Shown here piece by piece: positions 19,834 through 32,312 of a stretch of 64,000 bases of DNA. How positions within the stretch are numbered: position 1 is the stretch's first letter; every line of letters starts with the position of its first letter. This DNA is from the human T2T-CHM13v2.0 reference genome, Homo sapiens: assembly GCF_009914755.1 (NCBI RefSeq), contig NC_060930.1, one strand, 5' to 3'. The notes under the pieces were generated by a model. That model worked only from the letters and a program-made list of their open reading frames with translations, ran no database searches and was not told the origin of the DNA. The position numbers and the translations under genes were made by a program.

Positions 19834-20442
19834 TGTAAACTAGTTCAACCATTGTGGAAGTCAGTGTGGCGATTCCTCAGGGATCTAGAACTAGAAATAC
19901 CATTTGACCCAGCAATCCCATTACTAGGTACATACCCAAAGGATTATAAATCATGCTGCTATAAAGACACATGCACATGTATGTTTATTGCGGCACTATT
20001 CACAATAGCAAAGACTTGGAACCAATCCAAATGTCCAACAATGATAGACTGGATTAAGAAAATGTGGCACATATACACCATGGAATACTATGCAGCCATA
20101 AAAAATGATGAGTTCATATCCTTGGTAGGGACATGGATGAAGCTGGAAACCATCATTCTCAGCAAACTATCGCACGGACAAAAAACCAAACACCGCATGT
20201 TCTCACTCATAGGTGGGAATTGAACAATGAGAATATATGGACACAGGAAGGGGAACATCACACACCAGGGCCTGTTGTGGGGTCGGGGGAGGGGGGAGGG
20301 ATCGCACTGGGAGATATACCTAATGCTAAATGACGAGTTAGTGGGTGCAGCGCACCAGCATGGCACATGTATACATACGTAACTAACCTGCACATTGTGC
20401 ACATGTACCCTAAAACTTAAAGTATAATAATAATAATAAAAA
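19834..20442 (+). mobile_element. 5'-truncated L1PA3/PA4-like element
   Basis: ORF2 C-terminus (…KHRMFSLIGGN), 3'UTR with GAG diagnostic, (TAA)n tail. Confidence 0.92.
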
Positions 20443-21104
20443 ATCATCTCTACTTTCATAAGAGAAGTGATTTTCTGAAATGACAGTTAACTCTTAGTAG
20501 TTCAAAACAAAATTTAACCTCCCCTTAATTTACACATCCATTGCATTCCTAGAAAATTCAGGTTTATATAAATTTTGAGAAATATACTTTACAAATCACA
20601 TGTAAGTGCAAAAAGGAGTGTCAGGAAAAAATGTGAAAAACTTCAGTGTCTTATCTAGTGCACCTTCCAGGCTAACTGATTCATAGGGACCTCTGCCTTC
20701 TATATTGTCTTTGCAACCTCTTAGTGGTAGAATATTTACAGTAGTGCAAATTATTCTTGTTCATAGAAATGCAAAGGATTTTCATCAGGTGGAATGTAAT
20801 TGATTATTTCCTTGTGGATACTGACCAGCTTTGTATCTACTTGTATATTTATTTCCTCATTTCTTTTTGCTGATTGTGTGTTTGAATTCTCCTTTGAACT
20901 GGTTGTAATATCTTACTTGGTTCCTCATTAATTAGTTTATTAAACATGACCTTTGGCACGTATTCATCTTATAATTGCATGACAGCTGTAATTTTACCTT
21001 TTAATAAAGTTTTACTTTAACAAGAGTTAGTCTAGGCTTGAAAAGTTGTAGTTTTTATCTTCACATACAAGAATGTCCACTTATATATATAAATCTTGTT
21101 GCAA

Positions 21105-21212
21105 GCAGATGAATTCTTTGTTGTGCAGTACTGTTCTGCATATTATAGAATTACTCTTCCCACTATATATTAGCAGTGTCCACCCATTACTGTAGGAACC
21201 AAAAAGTGCCCA
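21105..21212. mobile_element. MER20-like fragment
   Basis: aattctttgttgtg...ctgttctgcatattataga...aaccaaaaagtg. Confidence 0.5.
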
Positions 21213-21253
21213 GCCCCGTTCCCTCCCAACCAACATGCAAGATACGTACATTC

Positions 21254-21644
21254 TGTAAAGAAGTATCACTTCTATCAAGAATTGTTCCTGACAATGTTGA
21301 ACTTTACCTGAGCTTTATCAGAAAATAGCTACCAAGAACACCCACGCCCACCCACCCATAACCCATCCCAACCCTTTTGTTTTCTGAAATCCTCTCTCCC
21401 CTTTTTTTTGTTCTGGGAAGGAAGGGCTAATTACAAAGAAGCACCCTTCTTCATATGACTTAATAAGACCTGCTGTCCACTCTTTCTCATGACCCCCGTA
21501 AGACTTGTGGGTAACTCCCTTGTTTACCTGCCTCTATAAAATGCAGTCCATTTCTTTGAGACATGCCTAATTAATGAACAGTCTCCCAATTTTAATAGTC
21601 TGAATAAAACTGTCCTTCCTTGTCTGATACATTTTGTTTTTTAC
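21254..21644 (+). mobile_element. ERV1 solo LTR, MER67-like
   Basis: aatgttgaactttacctgagc, cacccttcttcatatgactta, cccttgtttacct, TATAAAA and AATAAA, TG...CA ends. Confidence 0.7.
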
Positions 21645-21937
21645 ACTTCTGTTTTATACTCGAACTTTACCAAATTATATCTACATATCCATTCTTCAGT
21701 CATTCTTTAAATCAATCAATTTTCAAACATTTATTGAACATCTACTATGTACCAGCATAAAATAGTAATTTAAGTCAATTGCTAGAGTTGCATTTATGGC
21801 TATCTTATTGGTATTGAGGCTTAAAGTCAAGGACTGGAACAGTAAACCTGGAGAAGAGAAATTTTTCACTAATCTAATGATCATTTTTTATAGAGAATCA
21901 GTGGAATCAGTGTTTAATGGCTTGCTGGAATCCTGCT

Positions 21938-22239
21938 CTTTTCTTTTTTGAGACAGGGTCTCATTCTTTCACCCAGGCTGGAATGCAGTAGTACAATCAT
22001 GGCTCAATGCAGCCTCGGCCTCCTGAGCTCGAGCTCGAGTGATCCTTCTGACTCAGTCTCTAGAGTGGCTGGAATTACGGGGACATACTATCATGCCTGG
22101 CTAATTTTAAAATTATTTTTGTAAAGACGGGTTCTCACTCTGTTGCCCAGGCTGGTCTCAAACTCCTGGCCTCAAGTGATCCTTCCACTTCGGCCTCCCA
22201 AAGTGTCCGGATTACAGGCATGAGCCACTGTGCCTGGCT
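21938..22239 (-). mobile_element. AluJ
   Basis: Dimeric Alu; TSD aatcct(g/a)ct. Confidence 0.9.
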
Positions 22240-22359
22240 GCAATCCTACTTTCCCCCCCCGCCCAAAACTGATCTTTCTGTATATCCAAGAGTAGAAGGA
22301 GAGGAAAATGGCATTGGATTTAGACTATTTGAATGTTTGATTCAATTCTGCTTTTACTT

Positions 22360-23000
22360 TGCTCATTCATTCATTCATTTAACAAATATTTATTGCCTGT
22401 TGACTTTGTGTCAGGAATTTTACTAGATGATAAAAACAGCTCTCATTTTTTGAGTACTTGGTACATGCTAGGCATAATTCTAAGCATTGTACATATTAAC
22501 CCAATCTTCACAAGAACCCTATGAATAAGTACTATTATCATTTCATAGATGGAAAACTGAGGCACAGAGAAAGGTTAAGTAAATTGCCCAAGGTTATAAG
22601 TTGTTGGGCTGGGGTTTGAACACAAATCAGGGCACACAATCAGACTCCAGAATTTACTTCACTACACTACTGAGGCTAGGGTGGTGAACACAACAGACTT
22701 AGCCTTTGTCTTCAGGGAACTTTGAGTCTTGGAGCATTATGTTATTTAATTGAAAGCATGCCAAGTGCTGCTAAAGAGGACACATAGGGTACTTTGGGAG
22801 GCATAAAAGGGAGACCTAACAACTCTCATTAGCTGATGGATCTGCATTTGTGAAATGAGGCTGATAAGATCTGCCATGCCTGCTTTAGGGATGTGGTGAG
22901 GAGCAAAGCCAAATATATTAAAAAAGCAAAAATTATCAAGTGCAGTTATCTGTATTTTGAAGAACCACAAGCTGTGATCATTTGTAGAAATCAAACATGT
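22360..23000. mobile_element. L2 fragment with nested MIR (about 22430-22670)
   Basis: cattcattcattcatttaacaaatatttatt; MIR core atggaaaactgaggcacagaga...gcccaaggt. Confidence 0.7.
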
Positions 23001-23206
23001 GAATGTTAGAGATGCAGCCTGGCTTCAAGATAGTCCCTTCAGAGAATGACCTTAAATAATTTTGACTGTGAACTGCAAAGATCAAAGCAACAAGAGCTGT
23101 TTTTAAGATAATGCAAACATTTTAGTGCAAATTTGGAAAATTTTTTACTCTATAAAAGGCTTTCATAAGAATATTACAAAAACACTGAAGGTATTTTTAA
23201 TGAGGA

Positions 23207-23291
23207 CTTTCTTTCTTTCTTTCTCTCTCTTTCTTTCTCTCTCTTCTTTCTTTCTCTTTCTTTTCTTTTCTTTCTTTCCCTCTTTCTTTCC

Positions 23292-23346
<55 letters not shown>

Positions 23347-23472
23347 TTCTTTCTTTCTTTCCTTCCTTCCTTCCTTCCTTGCTTCCTTCCTTCCTTCCTT
23401 CCTTCCTTCCTTCCTTCCTTCCTTCCTTCTTTCTTCTTTCTTTCTTTCTTTTTCTTTTCTTTTTTTTTTTTT
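23207..23472. repeat. Compound (TTTC)n/(TTCC)n pyrimidine tract derived from an Alu tail
   Basis: About 265 bp, all pyrimidine except one G. Confidence 0.97.
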
Positions 23473-23793
<321 letters not shown>

Positions 23794-24699
23794 GGATTTT
23801 CTTAATTGCAACAAATATTCAACAGTTTAAATGAAAATAAAGGTTGATTTAAAAGTCAAAGATAAATTTTAGAGAACATTCAGAGGCTTGGTTTTTATGC
23901 AGTGTTGTTTTTCTATCAGTAAGTGAAAGAAATGCAGTATAAGTAGGCTTTTAGAAGAAGAATGATTTTCTTTTGGGAAAGTAGGAAGTTATAAAATCAC
24001 AAGTGAATCAGAACTAAAATGGATGTATCTGTTGACTTGGATGTGCCTGTGCCAGGAACATATATGCTCCCTGAAGGCAGAGCCTGGGTCTACATCTTGG
24101 TAGCCCCTTACACAGAGTACTTTGCAACATACCCAGTAATGATTTGTGTTTGGTCTGTGAATGAGAAGCTCACAGTGAAGGATCAGTCAGTGGTGCTCAG
24201 TCACTGGCATGTGCCAGGCTTCTAGAGCAGGCAGAGAAGATGTGTTATAAAGCAGATATGGGGTCCGGTCATGTCCCAGACATACCTGGAACAAAGTCAG
24301 TTCTGATCAGGACATATCTCTGATGTCCTGAAAAAATTAATGTAGTTTAGTTTGTCTCCGGAAAAAATTGTGAAAGATTATGAAATGGGTTTAAAAGATT
24401 ACTAGGTGTCTTTCCAATGGAATGTTGAGTATCACCTAGCATACCTTTGGCAGTTATCTAATTTTAGACAATTCTGTGCTTTTTGTTGTCTCTCACTGAG
24501 CTATTTTACAACTCCACAAACTATAAAAAGCTAATGGTAATGCAAATAATTCAATGCAAGTGAATTTTGTCTAATGGAGATGCCATCGATTTTCCTTCTG
24601 TGAAAGAGACAATTTCAACATTACATTTTATTGCTGGGTGGATTTTAACCAGTTTTGCATGAATTTGCAAATTTGTATCACCATTCCTGATTGCTTATA

Positions 24700-25033
24700 T
24701 CAGAAGTTGGCAAACTTTTTCTGACAAGGGCCAAACGATAAATATTTTAGGCTGTATAGACCATGTGCTCTCTATTGCAACTACTCAACTATGCTGCTGT
24801 AGCTCTGAAGTAGCCATAGGCTATACGTAAGTGAATGGGCATGGCTACATTCCAATAAAAGTTCATTTATGAGCACTGAAATGGAATTAAATATAATTTT
24901 CATATGTCAAAAAATATTATAATACTTTTGATTTTTTGGAACCACTGAGAAAAGTAAAAAGCATGCCTAGCTTGCGGGCTGTACAAACGGTAGGTTGGAT
25001 TTGGTTTTCAGGGCTATATTGTGCTGGTTCCTG
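24700..25033 (+). mobile_element. MER58B-like hAT-Charlie element
   Basis: gttggcaaactttttctg...aaatattttaggct...gcaactactcaact...ttccaataaaa. Confidence 0.8.
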
Positions 25034-25259
25034 GGTTATGTTTGGTCTGTTCTTTGGATTATTTTTGGAACCAATGATAACATCTTATTGGTTTCCTCAT
25101 TAACTAATGAGGTAAATAAAATCTTCAATATGTGTTCATTTTACATTTAAATGAGGGTCATTATTTTACCCCTTAAAAGTTATTTCTTAACATTTGCCAA
25201 AGGTAGTTAATGGAATTCAGTTGAGGTATTTGGAGACCGTGAATCAAAAGGCTGAGAGA

Positions 25260-25560
25260 GGCTGGGCACGGTGGCTCACACCTGTAATCCCAGCACTTTG
25301 GGAGACCAAGGCAGGCCACTTTGAGCTTAGGAGTTTAAGACCAGCCTGAGCAAAATGGTGAAACCACGTCTCTACCAAAAATACAACAATTAGCCAGATG
25401 TGGTGGCGCATGCCTGTAATCCCAGCTACTTGGGAGGCTGAGGCAGAAGAATCATTTGAACCCAGAAGCGGAGGTTGCAGTGAGCTGACATTGTGCCACT
25501 GCACTCCAGCCTGGGCGACAGAGCGAGACTCTTGTTTCAAAAATGAAAAAACAAAACCAG
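25260..25560 (+). mobile_element. AluS
   Basis: 15-bp TSD caaaaggctgagaga (25245-25259 and 25561-25575). Confidence 0.93.
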
Positions 25561-25606
25561 CAAAAGGCTGAGAGATTCTTTGTCCTGAGTGAATATTAGA
25601 ATCCTT

Positions 25607-25900
25607 GGCCAGGTGCGGTGTCTCATGCCTGTAATCCCAGCACTTTGGGAGGCTGAGGCGGGCGGATCACAAGGTCAGGAGATCAAGACCATCCTGGCCA
25701 ACACGGTGAAACCTCGTCTCTACTAAAAAATACAAAGAACTAGCCGGGCGTGGTGGCAGGCACCTGCAATCCCAGCTACTCAGGAGGCTGAGGCATGAGA
25801 ATGGCATGAACCCAGAAGGAGGAGCTTGCAGTGAACTGAGATTGTGCCACTGCACTCCAGCCTGGCAGACAGTAAGATTCCGTCTTAAAAAAAAAAAAAA
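25607..25900 (+). mobile_element. AluY-like
   Basis: gagatcaagaccatcctgg, gaatggcatgaac, ggagcttgcag; TSD agaatcct. Confidence 0.9.
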
Positions 25901-26282
25901 AGAATCCTGAGGAGTTTCAGAATGTCATCAATTAAAGTAGGACCTCAGGAGAGGGCCTTGAATGGGTGTGTTTGAAAAACCTTCTAGGTGATTCTAATGT
26001 GTAGTCATGATTGAATACCGGTAAATTTGAGGAAGTGGTATTTAAAAAAATTTCTTTGTATATTGAAGGCCAGCTGTTACTTTAAGATATAAAACATACA
26101 ATAAATAATAGCTAGGACACCTGTGATAATATCAATAATGTAGTTTTTTAAGTTTAAAGCATGATCGAAAGATCCAATTATATAAATGAGAAGACTATAA
26201 ATTGCTTTAATTAATCTTTTCTTACAGTCTTTCTAATTGCTAGGAACTTGGCAGATTAAGATTGCTGCTAAAGACTTAAGCC

Positions 26283-26599
<317 letters not shown>

Positions 26600-26899
26600 A
26601 GCATACATTTTATTTATTTAAACCTCATTTCATTTCATAAAGAACTCGAGGTGGACTAAAGACCTATCAGTGCTAACAACAAACTTTGAAGTGTTATTAT
26701 TTTCCATTTTCTCAGAGTGGTTTATGGATGGGCAGACTTGGAGAGTCTTTTCTAAGCAGGAACTCTAAATTATCTGAAGTGACTTCATGGTACACTCATT
26801 AAATGTGATACCTTAGCTACAAAACACCAAGTAATTTCACTCTTTGAAAAATAATAAAATTTTATACCTTAAAAAGTGCTTCCATATATTTTATCCATT

Positions 26900-27054
26900 A
26901 TTATTATTTCTTAGAGATGGGGTCTTGCTTTGTTGCCCAGACTGAAGTGCAGTCAGTGACACAATCATAGCTCACTGCAGTCTCCAACTCCTGTACTCAA
27001 GCAGTCCTCCCGCCTTAGCTTTCAGGGTAGCTGGGATTATAGGGGGAGCTATGG
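26900..27054 (-). mobile_element. Truncated AluJ arm
   Basis: Alu arm flanked by TSD tatccatta. Confidence 0.8.
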
Positions 27055-27419
27055 TATCCATTATGATCCCCAAAGGTTTTAGTAAATATTATAAATATTT
27101 ACATTATATACAAATTTATATTTCCCACAATAAACCAAAACTTTTCCCATTATTTGATTCAATGTCAATTACTTAATACTCGAAAACCTTTCTTTGGCTT
27201 TTTGTCTTGGTTCTCCCTCTTCTGCTTTGTGTGTTGTATGTTTGGCTCCATTTCACGCTGCACCTTTGCTGCACTAGAGCATCTTTGTACCCAAGATTAT
27301 GCATTTTTGTGTTTTCTCTATCTTTGCTTTTAATAAGTTCCAGCACACTCTTTTGTTGTTGACGTATTTTGCTATTGTTTTCTTTTCTATATGCTCTTTA
27401 TTTCATTTGTATCTATTAA

Positions 27420-27885
27420 TGCCCCTCTGAGAAAGGCAAGGTAGGCATTGTTAGCCCATTTGCAGATGAAGCATCTAAAGCTCAGAAAAATGAAAACTCC
27501 TACTCAAAACTAACTATGGCAGGTTCAGTACTAAAGTTCAGTTTCCTTAACATACCCCTTTTATTTCCACAAAAGAGCCAAAAGCTGTTGTTTTCCTCTT
27601 TGCCAAGGCTTCATTCATTCATTTGGGTATGGATTCTTATATTTGTTAAACAAAAATTATTGAATATCTACTATTTTCCATGTACTTGCAAGTCACTGGG
27701 GCAATAACAATAAATAAGATAAATATATTCCCTTCCTCAGGTGATTACAGTAGTTAAAAATACTGCAACAACTCCAATTTATTGAGCACGTTTGGTGTAC
27801 ATTATACCTAAATGTCACAGCCAATTTATAAGGTATTATTATCCCCGGTCTGCAGATAGACAAACTGTGGCATAGAAAGATAAAC
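27420..27885. mobile_element. MIR and L2 fragments
   Basis: cccatttgcagatgaagcatctaaagctcaga; ttattgaatatctactat; gtattattatcccc...gaaactgtggcataga-like cores. Confidence 0.55.
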
Positions 27886-27887
27886 AC

Positions 27888-28207
<320 letters not shown>

Positions 28208-29342
28208 TAATATAGTATCAGTGATGAGGTCCTCAATAAGGCTGACATTGGAGCAATATACTCATAGTCTCAAAAGACAGTTGGTAGCTTGGCAAGGTGC
28301 TACAGCCAATATATGTTGTGTAGAGGTGGATGGAAAAGGGGTGTGGAGAGGGGACATCCAATGAAGTGGCAGTGCTGAACCTTTGTGAATTAATGCCACT
28401 TGTTGCACAGGACAATGGCCCTGCTGATCAGGGGCATGTGGATTTCCTAACACATTATATGAAAGAAAGGACAGTCTTCTATTGTCAATAATGGATCTCA
28501 AAACCACTGTTATCTCATTTCCCAAGTGGTATAACTGTCTTGAAGTGCTGAGAAAGGCAGGTCTACTAACAATCTCCTTCTCACCCCAGTTTGGTTAGGG
28601 AGAGTCCAGAAGCTGATATTTTAGTAAACGCCAAGCAAGGAGTCCAGATATTCATTTTTGCAATGAAAACACAGACTGTAGAAGTTTTGAGTTAAGGAAA
28701 ATTACATCAGGGATATTTTAATGATAGCAATTCTGCCAATTTAGCAAAAGCATTGTTTATATTCCTCATAAAATTTCACAACAAAAGAGTAACTGTATTT
28801 ATTAACAATGAACTTTGTCTCAGAAGAGCCACTCACCCTGTTAAACCACAGGCCTTTGTGAGGCTAATGCTGAAATTAATAAGGCAAATGGAGAAATTGA
28901 AAGACTGAAGAGTCAAAGTATTTGAAATAAGAAAAAGCAGATTGAAAAAAGGATGAGAAATGAAAATCTGATTCCACACTGTATTGTATTGGGGGATTAG
29001 CTACTCGGGTACCACCTGAAGAGTAGGTCTGATCAACTATGCCTAATATGCTTCAAGCAGGATCGTTTCGGACATGATCACACACTTACGGAATGGTGGA
29101 TATTTAAAAAGATGTGCCACAAAATGTGAAAATTTGAAGGAGAAATTGGATTTATGAATATGAAATAGAGGGCAGTATACATTAGGTATATATAAAAGAT
29201 AATCCATCCTGATTTACTGTAAATTAAACTTTATGAAACATTTTTCTGAAAAGACTTAAACATGAGGTTTAAAGGTATATCAGGAAAGGAAAATGGTGTG
29301 TGCAAACACATGGAAGACAGTAGGATATTAATAATATACAGG

Positions 29343-29859
29343 TGTGATAGTTAACATTGTCAACTTGACTGGATTGAAGGATGCAAAGTATCGTTCCTGG
29401 GTGTATCTGTGAGGGTGTTGCCAAAGGAGATTAACATTTGAGTCAGTGGGCTGGGAAAGGCAGACCCACACTCAATCTGGGTGGGCACCATCCAAAAACT
29501 GCCAGCGTGGCTAGGATAAAGCAGGCAGAAGAAGGTGGGAGAAGCTGACTTGCTGAGTCTTCTAGCCTTCATCTGTCTCCTGTGCTGGGTGCTTTCTGCC
29601 CTTAAACATCAGACTCCAAGTTCTTCAGCTTTTGGACTCTTGGACTTGGGCTCTCAGGCCTTTGGCCACAGACTGAAGGCTGAACTGTTGGCTTCCCTAC
29701 TTTTGAGGTTTTGGAACTCGGGCTGTCTTCCTTGCTCCTCAACTTGCAGATGGCCTATTGTGGGACTTCAATTTGCGATCATGTGAGCCAATTCTCCTTA
29801 ATAAACTCCCTTTCATATATGCATATATCCTATTAGTTCTGTCCCTCTAGAGAACCCTG
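29343..29859 (+). mobile_element. ERVL solo LTR, MLT2A-like
   Basis: tgtcaacttgactggattgaaggatgcaaagtat...gagattaacatttgagtcagtggg...ttctgtccctctagagaaccctg. Confidence 0.9.
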
Positions 29860-29864
29860 TGTGT

Positions 29865-29992
29865 TGGAAATGCAAATTTGTCCTGACTCCAGACCTACTA
29901 AGTCAGTAAGACTGAAGGTAAGGCCCAGAAGTCAGTGTTTTAAGAAGCCCTCTGGGGGATTCTGATTCATGGAAGAGTTTGAGAACACTGGT
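29865..29992. mobile_element. MER5-like fragment
   Basis: gaaatgcaaatt...ccagacctact...ggattctgat...agtttgagaacactg. Confidence 0.65.
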
Positions 29993-31269
29993 AGAGGAAA
30001 GGTTCCACAATTTGTCATGGGGAAATTTAGTGATGAAGCACTGCGATGCAGCCCTGGTCCTGATCTGCCCCTGTGGAGGATATACTACAGCATTTTTCTT
30101 CTGCCCTCAAGCCTCTTACATCCTAATGATCCACAGGTGTCTTTTCATTATAGATAGTCTGCTGGTAAAGTCTTAAGTCAAGAAGAACCACACAAACATT
30201 CTATGCTTAATACCAAAATCTAGTAAAGTCCATAAAGAGGAAATGCTGCTTTAGAGTTAATTTAATTAAAGGGAAGAAAATTCAACTTTAGTCAGTAGCT
30301 TTGAACTCCGATGAGTAAAAAATCCATAATGTGATCACATTGAAGTTCCTTTAGAGGCGTTCTTCCATTTGACATTTAAAATGCATTTTACATCAAGGAG
30401 TGTCATTTGGGAAAAATAAATGACTTTTTCTGCTGTATAGCTGAAGAACTTGTTAAAAAGCAAATACATGTGAAAAATCATGTTTGAATTTCCAGGTGTT
30501 GTCAGTCTAAGCTAGTCAACATCTTTCTTTGCTTAGATGTTAATGGAATATAAATCCCTCATAAAAAGAGAACTGGTAAGATAGTTTTTAGTGCTTTTGC
30601 CAAGTTACAGTCATAGAAGACATTTGTATTTCAGCCACTTCAAATAATCACTTCCTGCGTCAAAGCATTCTGTAAGTTGGTTCTGTAAATACATGTTTTG
30701 AAGATGTTGCTACAGCACATCACATTCTATCAGCTAGAGGGAATTGTTGAGTGCAAAGAAGGAAAGAATGCAAGAGACTAATTCTAAATGTCTGTTTTTA
30801 AAAGATAGTTTAGAAGCATCAACTTTTTGGGGGACACTTTAGTAGTTCCAGAAGGAGCTATTTCAAACCCAAATTTCTAAGTATTACTCATCCTCAAGTG
30901 ATTTACAAAAGGTACTTGAGCTGCCTTTAGTGCATTACATGCCTGATTAATTTCAGGCCCTTGGAACAGACAATTCTATTTAAAATATGATATTTCTTCC
31001 ACTTTTATTTTACAGAAGATTTTGAGAAATTTTTAGGATTAAGGAAAACAAACTGTATTTGAAGAAATCATAGCCTAATCATATATTAACATTAAGCCAT
31101 TAAAAATTCAGCTTTATAGGATATATTGTAGGATGAAGGTGGTGGTGGGGGAAGAATTTATAGCATTCTGCAAAGCCTGAATGCTGAGGTCATGTGAACG
31201 TTAAGAAGAAAATCTGAATAATTCAGGCAACAGACTGTTATTTACCATCTGAATAAAGAAAATGTATTC

Positions 31270-31510
31270 CACTTTGGGAGGCCAAGGTGGGTGGATCACA
31301 AGGTCAGGAGTTCGAGACCAGCCTGGCCAGCATAGTGAAACTCTGTCTCTACTAAAAGTGCAAAAATTAGCCAGGCATGGTGGCACATGTCTGTAATCCC
31401 AGCTACTCAGGAGGCTGAGGTAGGAGAATTGCTTGACCCGGGAGGCGGAGGTTGCAGTGAGCTGAGATCGTGCCTGGGTGACAGAGCGAGACTCTATCTT
31501 AAAAAAAAAA
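31270..31510 (+). mobile_element. Truncated AluS
   Basis: Alu missing its 5' end and a short internal segment. Confidence 0.9.
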
Positions 31511-31516
31511 TGTGTA

Positions 31517-31547
<31 letters not shown>

Positions 31548-31632
31548 ATATCTATATAGATATATATAGATATATATATGTGTGTGTATATATATATGTG
31601 TGTGTATATATATATGTGTGTGTATATATATA
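31511..31632. repeat. Compound (TCTA)n/(TA)n/(TG)n microsatellite
   Basis: Seen directly. Confidence 0.95.
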
Positions 31633-32103
31633 TTCAAACAACTCTCCTCACCTGCAACAAAGAATGCCCAAATAATGACTATTTTTCTGAGCAAATCACC
31701 TCTTTTTACTTTTAATGTAACATTTTAACTATGGTTTGAAGAGAAAATGTTACATTGAGGAGGTTCACATTTTGTAGCTATGATTCTGCATTAACCATAG
31801 CACTTTATATAGTTTCTACTGTCACCAAAAGAAAGGGTGAGGAACACCCTCATCTTTAAAATCTAGTGACATAATCATTATCATTAACATCCATTCATCT
31901 GCTATCATCCATCCCTCCATCCATTTAGTCAGTCATCCCTTCATCTAGAGAATGTCCCTGGGGCAGAGGAAAACAAGAAAATGGGTAAGAGTTAGTGTAA
32001 AAAGATAGAGTGAAATTGCTGCAATTCAAGGGCAGCTAAAATGGATAACTACATCCAGAAGATGTCAGCACTAAATGGGAACTATCTCAAATGATTATGC
32101 AGT

Positions 32104-32192
32104 TTAGTACTTTATTGAAACTGATAGATTTGGGTGCACAAGGAGATATATCCCTGGTGCACCCAAATCTATCAATTTCAATAAAATACTAA
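32104..32192. repeat. 89-bp near-perfect inverted repeat (hairpin)
   Basis: Arms pair at 41 positions with 3 mismatches and 1 bulge around gatatatc. Confidence 0.95.
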
Positions 32193-32312
32193 GCAATATA
32201 ATGAATAAGCAATCCTATAGCAACTTTAGAATTAATACAGAGGGAGAGAGCCTTCTCTTTTAATTAAGTGCAGCTAATAAAGGGACAGTTTTGAAGTACA
32301 ATGACCTGTGTA

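Noticed and set aside
28700-29200. Stretch with coiled-coil-like translation (EANAEINKANGEIERLKSQ) and a few CpGs, as a possible pseudogene
   Set aside because: Frames close quickly, I recognise no protein, and there is no poly(A) or TSD; it would need a BLASTX search
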